Part shown: positions 1 through 11,554 of the stretch, piece by piece | How the letters are laid out: every line of letters starts with the position of its first letter | Numbering within the stretch: the first letter of the stretch is position 1 | Assembly (NCBI GenBank): GCA_964016885.1 | Contig: OZ024742.1 | Span: 364,560,001 to 364,624,000, forward strand | From: Eledone cirrhosa | Lineage: Eukaryota | Direction of reading: 5' to 3' | DNA length: 64,000 nucleotides | The notes under the pieces: model-generated | What the model saw: only the letters and a program-made list of their open reading frames with translations | The model's database searches: none | Told to the model about the DNA's origin: nothing | Program-made: the position numbers and the translations under genes

Positions 1-78
1 TATATATAGCAGTAAATAAAGGATTATGAGTTCATGCAATTGACTTATGTTTCGTCACTATATATATATATATATACA

Positions 79-114
<36 letters not shown>

Positions 115-118
<4 letters not shown>

Positions 119-205
119 AATAGAATGAAACAAAATTTCATTTCTCACTCTTAGTACGGCACTTACTAAGAGTGAGAAATCAAATTTCGTTTCATTCTAT
201 TCCAT
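115..205. repeat. Near-perfect inverted repeat (about 42-bp arms, 7-nt loop)
   Basis: atggaatagaatgaaacaaaatttcatttctcactcttagta-cggcact-tactaagagtgagaaatcaaatttcgtttcattctattccat, directly after (TA)n. Confidence 0.9.
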
Positions 206-329
206 TTATCGTTTTCGGTGCGCCTGGCCGACTGAACTCACTCGATATGCAAATTGGGCTGCTCAGCCGTTAATTTTCATAAGGAAAGTATATACTTTCG
301 GACGTTCAACCATCTGGCAGAAAGGTATA

Positions 330-370
330 CGGTGCTGACGATAGCTAATAAGCTTGAAACTAGTACATCG
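330..370 (+). ncRNA. Minimal type I hammerhead ribozyme motif
   Basis: CGGTG-CTGACGA-tAGCT aata AGCTt-GAAAC-TA-GTA-CATCG: canonical core, stem I CGGTG/CATCG, stem II AGCT/AGCT, palindromic stem III ACTAGT, GUA cleavage triplet. Confidence 0.75.
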
Positions 371-586
371 TTCCTGTGTCAGTGTTGAACAAAAAGGTGA
401 CGTGGTTGCCTAAACACTGTACGGCGTAATTCAGGCTGTTTGTTTGTTTACAAACGAACAAATCGAGCATTATAATAAATGTTCGGTAAACTGATACGTG
501 CATGTATATATGTATGCCTGTATGTATATATATACATGCTACTGTACGTCTGTATACATATATGTATGTACGTATACATACATACT

Positions 587-624
<38 letters not shown>

Positions 625-696
625 TATATAAATATATATGCGTGGGAAAGTAAAAAATCGGAGAATAGACCGTTAAAACATGTTTATTTAAAATAT

Positions 697-738
697 CACC
701 TACGTACGTTTCGCCCAGTTGGGCTTCTCAAGGGCATA
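697..738 (-). ncRNA. Minimal type I hammerhead ribozyme motif (U3-A8 core variant) at the 3' end of the Penelope-like element
   Basis: Minus strand: gccc-TTGAGAA-GCCC aact GGGC-GAAAC-GTAC-GTA-ggtg. It has core boxes, a 4-bp stem II, a palindromic stem III and a GUA site; stem I is weak. Confidence 0.65.
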
Positions 739-1028
739 AATAATCACAAGTTTTCCTTATATTGCTCGGAAAGAGTTTTGGGGGTTAAATCCACATCAAG
801 GTTCATTGCTCGCAAAAATATCTTGTTTTGATTTTGCAGCAGGTCAAGGAAGGTAACTCTGGCCGGTGTTAGGGCAGTCTTTCCCGGACAAATTTTTTTT
901 TTTTTTTTTTCCTCATCCGTTTGTCTGGGGCTGGGTCTGGTATGCAAGGATTGTTTCCTGGGTGTTATTTTGCAGCGCCTGCCCACCGGGGTGTTAAGAC
1001 TTGTTGCAGGGAGATCCAGTGTACTATT

Positions 1029-1940
1029 TCACTCTTCATCCTTAACCCATCTGAAGAAGGATATTTTTAAGCGATGTGTACAACTTATCGCTGTTTCGGC
1101 TCTGCTGTTGACGAGCTCGTGGGGTGCAGTTATGATGTGGTAGAGCTCCATGAGGCAAAGATCGCATTTCCTCTTGAAGTTGTACGGTGCAGCCCTGCCG
1201 ACAATCTCCCAGTGCGTGGAGAAGCTGATGTTTAAGTCCTTTAGTGATGTGATGTAGTCTGCGAGCGAGGTGGAGTGCCTTAGTTTTCTATTTGTGAAAG
1301 AGTGGAGATGTGTTCGAAACCTAATTTTGAACGGGCCGGAGGTGGCCCCTATATAATGTTTAACGCTATTGTGGCTAGTAATAGTGCATCTATATATAAC
1401 CCTATCAGTCAAGCAGTATCCTCTAAGGGGGCAGCGTCCTCTGTCGCGGCAGTTGCAATTTCTGTCGCGGTTCCGTCTATTTCCCACGGTAAGGCTATCA
1501 TTGTTGCTGCCTACGTTGTTACCTACGCTTCCGAAGCTGTCGTTAGCACAATTACAACCCACAGCACGCAGGGTGGTGCGATTGTTATTCTGCACGTTAT
1601 GTCCTGCATGTTCCCCAGTCATTTCGCGGTTATTCTGGTTGCGTCTGCGGATGCCGTTGCCAACACTATTGGATGCTTCCAGGGAGTTGTTAAGGCCGAT
1701 ATAGTTATTGTCAGGTGTAGGTGCGTCTGTGTCGAGGTGCTGTGTCTTGGTGATCTTACTGTGGTTCGTTGTTCCTATGATGTCTGCTAGGTTAGGAGTA
1801 GTAGAGAAGTATATTTTTATATTGTTCCTATTAAGAATTTTTCTATACCTATGGTTGGGCGGGAAGTTCTTCTCTAAGGCTTCGAAGAACATCCGGGGTA
1901 TGTTGGAGGCCACACTCCGAGAGTAGGGGGGTGGAACCAT
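1029..1940 (-). pseudogene. GIY-YIG endonuclease / thumb part of the Penelope-like ORF
   Basis: 303-aa ORF with VIY...YIG, R and E motifs plus Cys-rich motifs. It is connected to the upstream RT only through frameshifts. Confidence 0.85.
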
Positions 1941-2829
1941 AGGACGTTACGGTGGCGATTACCTGTCCTTGTACTTTTGCTACGGGTGGTTCCATCTAAG
2001 TGACCACTCTTATGTGTGTTAATGCGCAGTCGCCCGTTCGGTGCCCCTTTCACTTTATGCTCGGGGGCTCTCTTTCTACCTCTTCCATGTTTATGTACAC
2101 GAAGATGTTGGTTGGAAGGCGTTGGTAGTAGGCCGTCGCCTTTGTTGGTTTTTTTAATAGGGGAATAGTTTGAGTAATCTACAGTGTTCACCGTCGCCGG
2201 GGACGTGATATTTGGTGCGGTCATCTATTCTATTATATCCGACTTCAACGAGGTCGCCGCGTCATCGGTTATAGGTATGGCTTACTATAACGTTAGTTTT
2301 ATGAGGAGGGTGGTTTCTAGAGCTAGCGTTAGGGATGTAGGAAATTCCTCGGTTAAAGCCGGCGCTTATCAGGGCCCTATTGTAGTAATCAGCCGCTTGG
2401 TTGAAGGTTGGCGGATAGCCTCGAGATTCTATGTGAGATACTATAGACTATGGAGTTGAGAGTCTGCTTAGGGTGGTTGGAGGCATAATTAATATAAGAG
2501 AGGCATTCTCCAGGCTTATGGTATGGCTTGTATAAGCCCGTACTCAACTCCAGGGTCACGTCCAGGAAGTTGACAACCCTGTGGTTGAGGTCCATAGTTA
2601 CGGATAGGCCGTATGACTTAAAGAACCTGTGTATATGTTTGTTAAGGTTCTCTATCCTACGGGGGCTATGGTTCCTAACGGTAAACAGGGCGTCGTCCCT
2701 ATATACACCGCCTTCTAGGGCCGGTATTTCTTCCCTAAGTTGTGGTCAGTAAAGTAAATATATATATATATATATACATTGTTTCCTCTAGTTTCGATGT
2801 TTATTTCATTTCATCCAGGCAATTGTTTG

Positions 2830-3215
2830 ATGGTCAGTACTCTAACTGGACATGTTAGGGTACTGTTAGACAGAGAGGCTGTGGTCAGTACCCTAACTGG
2901 ACATGTTAGGGTACTGTTAGACAGAGAGGCTGTGGTGATTACCCTAACTGGACATGTTAGGGTACTGCTATACAGAGAGGCTGTGGTCAGTACCCTAACT
3001 GGACATGTTAGGGTACTGTTATACAGAGAGGCTGTGGTCAGTACCCTAACTGGACATGTTAGGGTACTGTTAGACAGAGAGGCTGTGGTCAGTACCCTAA
3101 CTGGATATGTTAGGGTACTGTTAGACAGAGAGGCTGTGGTCAGTACCCTAACTGGACGTGTTAGGGTACTGTTAGACAAAGAGGCTTTGGTCAGTACCCT
3201 AACTGGACATGCTAA
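2830..3215. repeat. 51-bp minisatellite, about 7.5 copies, each with a 12-bp hairpin
   Basis: Unit ggtcagtaccctaactggacatgttagggtactgttagacagagaggctgt; gives a 17-aa periodicity in the ORF track. Confidence 0.95.
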
Positions 3216-4265
3216 GATACAGTTATAGAGAGATGTTGCTATATTAGGTTAAACCTTCGCCTTTGCTTTCATATCTTTAAGATGTGTCTTTGTAGCAGCT
3301 TAGCCTCCATTCATTTCGATTCAGTACAGATTTGCGAACGTTTCTTATAGAATTTTTATTATATTAACTTTAGATTTTAGGGTCTCATATACCTCAGCCA
3401 TTCTCTAGTTACGTGTGTCTGTCGTGTAGTTGTCTATATTGAGTAATTTTGAAATTATATCGTCACTCGATGACTAATTCATATTAATTGAGGATGCAGA
3501 AGAAAGGATTCAATGACCTTCGTTTTACATTTAAACAAGAGAACAATGTTTGAAATTCTGTTATTCAAGATATATTTATTTGTAGTTGGAAAACATCAGT
3601 TATGAAATATATGATGCTAGTTAATAAATTATACACAAAGGAAACAAAATCCCGACAGGGGAATTGATTGGACTGTCGCTTGGCAGACGTTAATTTGTTT
3701 CCATGATGTTTCCTGTAGATTCCACAGAAGGCGGCGGAATGTTTTGAAAACATTTGTAGCGTTTACTGTAAGTTGACACTTTCATCTTCAAAAGTGACAC
3801 CTTAATTAACTCTCCTCCCCAAATACCTGAATATATCTACAAGATTTCAGCATCGATGAGGAAGGGAGTGACAGAGAGATGATACAATGGTTGTTCTTGT
3901 ATTTTACCTATCATTTGTTTGGATCATTTTAATTTTGAGGATGAGAGCGAAGAGGGTTTACTTGCATTACCGTATCGATAAACAAGATAATACCCGTCTT
4001 TGATTGATGTAACACCGCAACAGTATCAGTAAATATATATACGTGTGGGGTGTGTGTGTCTGTTGCAGACAATTCTCGCTAAACATGTAATACATTAATT
4101 TCTAAGAGAAAATATGCATGTCATGAGTCACGGGGGAATAGATTGCGAATGTAAATGAATAAATTGTTTTTAAATTAACATTTATTGTACATGTAGCTCT
4201 CACGCGCACACACACACGCATATATATATATGTATAATTGTGTGTGTGTGTGTGTGTGTGTGTTG

Positions 4266-4308
<43 letters not shown>

Positions 4309-4324
4309 ATATTTGAGTAGGTGT

Positions 4325-4690
4325 GTCGGCCTCTGTTGCTGAAAGACTTCAGTCATTTTAATGCCAATGGTGAGTCGAAAGGCTTTACTCACATTGTAGT
4401 ATCGATTACCGTGCTACTGCACTTCTATGATAGATGAGGTAACAACTACAGCAGCAACATCAAACAAAAGGTCACCTATAATAGCAAATCGTACAAATAT
4501 GTTCGCTCTAAATTATTGCTGGTGGACAATGTCGTCACGAGTAATGGATTGGAATTGTAGACCAGACTTGATGGAGAACGATAAAAGAAAACCGACAAAA
4601 GAACTGTGGCCATATCAGAGTCTGGTTTCGAACAGTTTGAAATTGCGAAATCTGAAATTTGGCCATCTATTAACTCAAATATTTTCATTC
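4325..4690 (-). mobile_element. Degenerate LINE (RTE-like) reverse-transcriptase remnant
   Basis: Fragments DGQISDFAISN..K.....ATVLLSVFF and LLFDVAAVV...SKAFRLTIGIKMTEVFQQ resemble the RT motifs 'F.I.NGVKQGCVLAPTLFSIFF' and 'LLFADDAALV...KAFGLTISIKKTEV'. Stops and frameshifts are present. Confidence 0.6.
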
Positions 4691-4711
4691 CTGCCTGAAC
4701 CGAGATTGTGG

Positions 4712-5487
4712 CATTTAGTGTTATATCAGGTATAACATTTAGTGTTATATCAGGTATAACATTTAGTGTTATATCAGGTATAACATTTAGTGTTATATCA
4801 GGTATAACATTTAGTGTTATATCAGGTATAACATATAGTGTTATATCAGGTATAACATATAGTGTTATATCAGGTATAACATATAGTGTTATATCAGGTA
4901 TAACATATAGTGTTCTATCAGGTATAACATTTAGTGTTATATCAGGTATAACATATAGTGTTATATCAGGTATAACATATAGTGTTATATCAGGTATAAC
5001 ATATAGTGTTATATCAGGTATAACATATAGTGTTATATCAGGTATAACATATAGTGTTATATCAGGTATAACATATAGTGTTATATCAGTTATAAAATTT
5101 AGTATTATACCAGGTATAATATTTAGTATAATACGAGCTATAATATTTAGTATAATATCAGGTACAACATTTAGTGTTATATCAGGTATGATATTTAGTA
5201 TTATATCAGGTGTAACATTTAGTATTATACCAGGTACAATATATAATGTTATATCAGGTATGATATTTAGTATTATACCAGGTATGATATTTAGTGTTAT
5301 ACCAGGTATTATATTTAGCGTTATATCAGGTATAACAGTATTATATCAGGTATAACAGTATTATATCAGTTGTAACAGTATTATATCAGGTATAATATTT
5401 AGTGTTATATCAGGTTTGATATTTAGTGTTATATCAGGTATAACAGTATTATATCAGGTACAACATTTAGTGTTATATCAGGTATAA
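4712..5487. repeat. 24-bp minisatellite, about 32 copies, degenerating rightwards
   Basis: Unit tttagtgttatatcaggtataaca with the internal inverted repeat tgttata/tataaca. Confidence 0.95.
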
Positions 5488-5628
5488 AATTGTTTTGTTG
5501 AGAATTGTTCAGATATTTTCTGTTGAAAATGACGAAAGCTTTGTTTCGATCTATAAAAACTACAAATGGTTCATGATTTGTTTCTCACGAACTTTCAAAG
5601 CAACCAACACTGTCTGTCTGTTTGTCTG

Positions 5629-5782
5629 GGCAGCGAATTGGCAGTCTTTAGAGCGTCGGATAGAATGATTTATTGTATTCGTTCCTGTTCTGTGAGATCA
5701 AATCCCGCCGAGGTCAACTTTGCCTTTCATCATTTCGAGGTCGACAAAAAAGTACCAGACTAGTACTGGGGGTCGATTCTTC
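5629..5782 (+). mobile_element. tRNA-derived SINE copy (diverged)
   Basis: ggcagcgaattggcag...atcaaatcccgccgaggtcaactttgcctttcatc...gtcgac..aaagtaccag, homologous to the other copies in the window. Confidence 0.8.
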
Positions 5783-6489
5783 CTCTCCCTGGAAGAAATC
5801 TGCTGTACTCAGACCTGGAGAAGGATCAGCTCCGTAAGGTATAAAATGCCTTAAGAAACGCCATATGTCAATACGGCTCCCCTACGACTTTATCAGGAGT
5901 TATGGGACCAGAGATATCATACATGTATCTGTGTATAACACTGCCAATTGTCATATCCTGAATATAAAGAAAAGTCATTCTAGCGAGGATCTCTTGCAAA
6001 CATATATCACACCAAGCTACAATGCACCCCATCTGCTTGTCACACCACACAAAACAAACATTACTATTTACAAACGGCAATGAAAACCATAGCGAACATA
6101 TACCGTCTGAGATAGCTAATGTTGAATTTACATGTAGCAGAATATACATATCTCTCATAACTATGTTATTGTGTGAATATATGATGTACATCAGTGGCTG
6201 CACTTAATCACGTGTATGGGCCGGAAATGTTATGTTACTTATGTGTGCTTTATGTTATTACACTTTATATAAGAATAATATATGTGTACGTGCTCAACGT
6301 CATTTTGCATCCGTCTTCTGTTCAGGCAGCTTTGTGACAGACTTTTGGGTCCGAAATCAGACGGGGTGGAGCGACCTAATCTATGTATGTGTGTATGTTT
6401 ATGTATGTAAGGATGCTTGTATGGATGTAGATTATCCTGGTCTTATTATATACTGAATTTCCAGGAAAACAGAAAGAGTGTGTGTGTGC

Positions 6490-6560
<71 letters not shown>

Positions 6561-6571
6561 AGTGAGAGAGA

Positions 6572-6628
<57 letters not shown>

Positions 6629-6856
6629 GATGGGAGTGTAATAATAAATTAATTGGCGGTTACTAACCCAGAAACAAGATTCATGAAATTATTAAATAAA
6701 ACATCCCCCTAGTTAATTTTGCGTGCCTGTGTGTGTTATTGCATGTATATATATTAGTACGTTTTCATTTATAAGTGCACACTTACATATATTTTTGTAT
6801 ATATTCATGTATTTATGTAAATATATACGAGTATGTATATATAATTATTTACTTAC

Positions 6857-7392
6857 CAATCAAAGGAACGAATTCTGAAGTGGCAGGCATATTTTCGGCA
6901 ATTAGCAACATGAAGACGGAAAAGGCTAAGAGAACGGTTAATCCTAGCGTAACCTTTTCGCCAGAATCTGGAGGGAGACAAAAGCCTGTAAGGGAGAGGG
7001 TAGATAAAAGGACGCATGGTATAATTACATTAAAACAATAGTACAAAATCCGTCTTCGGACTTGTACGTAAAATGTGACATCTGGGAAAGGTTCCGGACA
7101 GCAGGGATAGGTTATTTCATTTCGTATTACTTTGGTGGCGACCAACGTCCATTCACCATTGTTCACATAGTTTGATAAATCAATATTATCAGTGAGGTTT
7201 GTAACATCGACTTGGAAACCATCGTAAGCCCATGAACCAAGTTTCAGCTTGCATATCTGGTCATCGAATGGGAAATAGGTTATGTCCATTTTACACGAAC
7301 TACGCATGCGTACAATTGGCGGCCAAAATACACTCCCATTAGCTTCAATCATTGCAAGACTTTTCATATATCCCTGATTGAGGCTTTCAGCA
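6857..7392 (-). CDS. nAChR alpha subunit, 536-nt exon: Cys-loop, loops B/C, TM1, TM2
   Basis: ttttccag|T GCT GAA AGC... Contains the Cys-loop CKMDITYFPFDDQIC, loop B WAYDG, vicinal cysteines YPCC (alpha-type), and TM2 DSGEKVTLGLTVLLAFSVFMLL. Ends VPLIG|gtaagt. Confidence 0.97.
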
Positions 7393-7539
7393 CTGGAAAA
7401 GAAGACGAAATATGGAGAAAATCATAAGAAAATATAAATCAATGAAGGTATATATTTTGGTTTATTAACTTTAGAAGATGATAAATAAGAGATTAAACTT
7501 AGTCTCTTTAATACATTATACACACACACACATACATAC

Positions 7540-7632
<93 letters not shown>

Positions 7633-7953
7633 TTTCCGAGTGTGTGTTTTTATATATATATAGATAGATAGACTGTTAGGTAGATAGACAAATATGTTTT
7701 ATAAATTTAAACAAATAATTAGATATGTTGTGATTTCGTTACCTTAATTAATTGCACTAGTGTAAGTGGGTTATGGCCTCTTCATCAGTAGTACCCTTCT
7801 ACCTTTGATATGGTTTCACAAAAGCTGCTCCATCAATATATAAATGATTATCAAGACACGGTTCTATATCATAATATTGCATTCAGTTCTCTCAATGACA
7901 TGTAATTAAAATATGACAAGTCAGCACACTGTCGCCTCGATAATTCTTATATA

Positions 7954-8052
7954 CAGGGTCTCCCCCCAAAATGTATACATACTTTGATTATCTGTACAGG
8001 CAATATTTATTAGAATGCTGTTGAAGTGTGTATACATTTTTGGGGGGCATCT

Positions 8053-8054
<2 letters not shown>
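7954..8054. mobile_element. Tc1/mariner-type MITE
   Basis: TA|cagggtctccccccaaaatgtatacatactt ... aagtgtgtatacatttttggggggcatcttg|TA: about 30-bp TIRs with TA flanks. Confidence 0.75.
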
Positions 8055-8085
<31 letters not shown>

Positions 8086-8790
8086 CGAAGGAGTTGTGGT
8101 AAGGAACCAGATGGACCATAACGCACCAGGGTACTCAATACTTAGGGTAGTAGAGTGGGTAATAGGAGAAAGTATGACCCCGACGGCAGAGCTCAAGCCG
8201 TTTCGACGGCTATTTCTGGACTTGAGTCATTAGGGAGAGCACTCGACGTAATGCAACTCACCCGTCTTCGTTTGTGTTGTTGGTGGTGCGAGTACGGAGT
8301 TAATTAGTATAAAATAACAGGCGGCTGGACTGGTGTAATTCCTCAAAGGTTTATTATACATTGAAATGTTCATAGTATAATAAACCTTTAAGGAATTGCA
8401 CCAGTCCAGCCTCCTGTTATATATATATAACATTGATGACTAATCTTAATTTCTTTTGGAAATGTTGTCAAATTTGTTTTACAGTTACGTACAATTTTCC
8501 ATTTTCTTTCAGTTAAATCAACCTAACTAGTTTCATGAAATAACGATGAAGCTACAATTTAATATACTAACGACATATTAATAGCAGCCATCAATACCAT
8601 TCAAAACATTCACTATACTCATCAAAGATCAACATATCTAAGACAATCTAATGTATTTATACACTAATATCTGAGTTAACACTTCCGATACTAAAGAACC
8701 TGAAACTATCCTTGCAGTAGAAGGTCTTCAGAGAAGAACGCCCCCCCCCCCCTCCAGCATGTGATTCAGCCTTTTGCAAACGTCAGCATA

Positions 8791-9687
8791 TCTATATATA
8801 TAAAACTGTGGTTGTCTGTCTGTCTATCGATTTTTGGCACACATCTCCTCTTAGAATCTCTCACGGAATTGCACCGAAATTGCTATACTTGTACATTGAG
8901 CCCTAGCGAAGACATCGGAAAAAAATATTTCAAATTGACCCACCCTATGTGACGAAATCGAATATAATGTATCGATTTTTGAGCGTAAGTTATCAGTTAT
9001 TTCCCTTTGTTCTGTTTACATTGAGCGTCTTACGTAAAAAATTACGCTGGCTTTAACAGTTGTCGAGCCAGCAAAATATTGACCTGCAAAATTCATCAGT
9101 TCGAACACTAAGCTTCCGTTTTGCTTCATTTCCATTTAAAAGCATTTTAAAACAATATTTTTACTTGAAAACAAGTCTATTTAAAGACTACGTAAAACAA
9201 GCAAATATTTCGTCGTTAGGCGTGCAGACAGACAGTCGTGCAGAGAGGTGATATAGGCGTGCAGACAGACAGTCGTGCAGAGAGGTGATATAGGCGTGCA
9301 GACTGACAGTCGTGCAGAGAGGTGATATAGGCGTGCAGACAGACAGTCGTGCAGAGAGGTGATATAGGCGTGCAGACAGACATAACTGATAATTTGGTTA
9401 CGCTAATGTTTTTCTCTGCGTTGCAGTGTTTACATTTTCGATCTTTGTTAATAAATAACCAGTGCAGTTTCTATCCCCAGCATCCTCTTTTGTTATAACA
9501 TTCGGGTTATCGTTATGTTTTCTTAACTTCATAAGGCATATTGTTGGTTGAGGGAATATTAATCAAAAACACCACATGCAAGTCTGCACAGTAGAAACTA
9601 CAGTTTTTAAGCCAAGAAAGAAACTTAACATTGTAACTTTAACACAGCTACTGAGCGACCCCGAGCAACGCCGGGCTTTACTGCTAG
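8791..9687 (+). mobile_element. Non-autonomous Helitron-like element, copy 1
   Basis: Starts A|TCTATATATATAAAACTG with (GTCT)n, and ends with the hairpin CCCGAGCAACGCCGGG followed by CTAG. Confidence 0.75.
9217..9382. repeat. 37-bp minisatellite, about 4.5 copies, inside the Helitron-like element
   Basis: Unit taggcgtgcagacagacagtcgtgcagagaggtgata. Confidence 0.95.
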
Positions 9688-10747
9688 TATATATATAAAA
9701 CTGAGGTTGTCTGTCTGTCTGACTATCTGTCAACTAAAACGGTCGGCACACATCTCTTCTTAAACCGTACGTTCAAATTTCGGTGAAATTGCTACACTTA
9801 TAGATGAAGGTCCGGCGGAGACATCGGTCAAAACAATTTTCAAATCGACGCACGCCAAGTGCAAAAATCGAATTTGTAATGTATTGATTTTTCAGTTCAA
9901 ATGTATAAATAGAGATGAGAGACGAGTTATTTCCCTTTTATGGCATCATTTGTTTATCTATTTACGTTGCGAACAAACGACGTGTACAAAAATACGCGAA
10001 TAGTTTTCGGGCCAGCAAAATTTTAACCTGCAAAATGTATGAGTTCGAAGTTTCAACATTAAGCTTCCATTTTGCATCATTTCCCTTAAAAAGTCTTTTA
10101 AAACAATATTTCAGCGCATCAGCCTCGCCATCACTCGAGGTAACGCTGCGAGTGTGCTGGCTTGCCTCAAAATTAGAAAGGTTGCCCAGTACTCGCGACG
10201 TTGCTGTCTTTTGCTCTGGTGTTGGCTCCGTTGGTCACCCCTTCCTTTACATTTTCTTTAATATTGTAGCATTGAAAGAATACATCTTTTATTGTATCAT
10301 CCGTGCGCGTGTGTGTCAACCATATGCATTTCTGCAGTATTTTCACCAAACTTGAGACATAGGTTACTTATGTACTCCGGGTGGTCATAGGCACTTTCAT
10401 TTTTCCAGATATTGATTATAGGGCCTCCCGGCAGATAACCCCCTTTAACCACTTCCTTGGAGTCGACTGAAGCACTGCAGTGCAATGCAACAAAACGTCA
10501 TAACTTCTGGAGTTCGCAACCGATTTTCACAATACTTGACACATGGGCTACGTTTGTTCTACAGATGAATGCGAACGCTCAGAATTGGCACATATTGAGT
10601 AGGGGACCCCTGGCGATAGGAACCCTCTTTTGGAAAAAGCCGATTATTTTGTAAAAGTATAGTTTTCCAAGCAGCACTGAAGTATTGACATAAATGGTAT
10701 ACATAACTGGTATTTAATACCCGAGCAACGCCTGGTACCTCTGCTAG
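9688..10747 (+). mobile_element. Non-autonomous Helitron-like element, copy 2, head-to-tail with copy 1
   Basis: Starts tatatatataaaactgaggttgtctgtctgtc and is homologous to copy 1 over about 400 bp. Ends cccgagcaacgcctgg...CTAG|T. Confidence 0.75.
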
Positions 10748-11554
10748 TTAATGATAAAGCCATTTATATTATCAAATTTATTATAATTCTTTCGTTAACA
10801 TATTTCTAAGTTTTATGTATGTGTGAGCTTCCTTGTAAATACATGGAAAGTAAAGAATGGTAAAGAGAAATCTATATACAGTATGTGTGTGAATATATGT
10901 GAATGACTGGAACCAGATTTCTACAATTTTATATTTCAGTTATATTTGATTGTTCAAAATTATGTTCCAATCCAAGTATTTAATGTTAGTTAATTTATTC
11001 TAATAAGGATAATTGGAGACATACATTACTTAGAAAACTTACATTCTCAAATATGTAGCTGAACCATATATTAAATGAGGTTACTAGAATAGTTTAAAGA
11101 GGTTACTACTAACGAGGTGACGGTAATGATTTAATGAGGTTAACAGCATCAGTTATTATCAGAACAAAGCATAAAATTATAATCTCTTTAGTTTACTGAA
11201 ATATTTAATTGTAAGCCAATGTAAAGTAGATTAGCTGTTTTAATTCTAGTTTCTACATACATTCCTGCGAACACACGTTCAAAAACTTATATCTACACAC
11301 TAATACGTATATACATATCGCATGCTTAAATGTATGTCTGTATATATATATATATATATTAGAGAGAGTCGAGACCAGCTGGCTAAGCTCTTGCTGCTTC
11401 AGCAACTATTACCAATCTGGAACTAGCAATTAAAATGGCAAGAGCTCAGCCCTCGGGCTCACAAACTTACTAATATAGTCACACTCTACTATTCAATGTA
11501 TCGAGTACTACATTGAATAATGGTCTACCAAGTTTAATATTGGTTTAATCGTAC

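Larger units (their letters stand above)
640..2755 (-). mobile_element. 5'-truncated, frameshifted Penelope-like retroelement (RT C-terminus + GIY-YIG endonuclease), Naiad-like
   Basis: The minus strand reads GGVYRDDALF...VNFLDVTL...YKPYHKP..LSYINYASNHP (RT), WF.PPYS..V..NI...HRYRKILNRNNIKI (thumb), CNCR..RCPLRGYCL, VIY..YIGATSGPFKIRF..H..F (GIY-YIG) and C-terminal CDLC/CTH. Frameshifts lie near 2407 and 1935. It is flanked by (TA)n on both sides. Confidence 0.9.

Noticed and set aside
2830-3215. CRISPR-like appearance of palindromic repeats (also the 36-, 37- and 47-bp arrays)
   Set aside because: The intervening sequences are identical rather than unique spacers, the context is eukaryotic, and there are no cas genes.
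3690-3826. Candidate next exon after VPLIG (cag|GTATTTGGGGAGGAGAG...)
   Set aside because: The phase fits, but it translates to GIWGGELIKVSLLKMK...stop with no TM3 similarity. The true TM3 exon was not found in the window.
6857-7392. Possibility that the gene is a cephalopod chemotactile receptor or an anion-selective nAChR
   Set aside because: It retains the vicinal Cys pair, the aromatic-box residues and the GEK motif before TM2, consistent with a conventional cationic alpha subunit.
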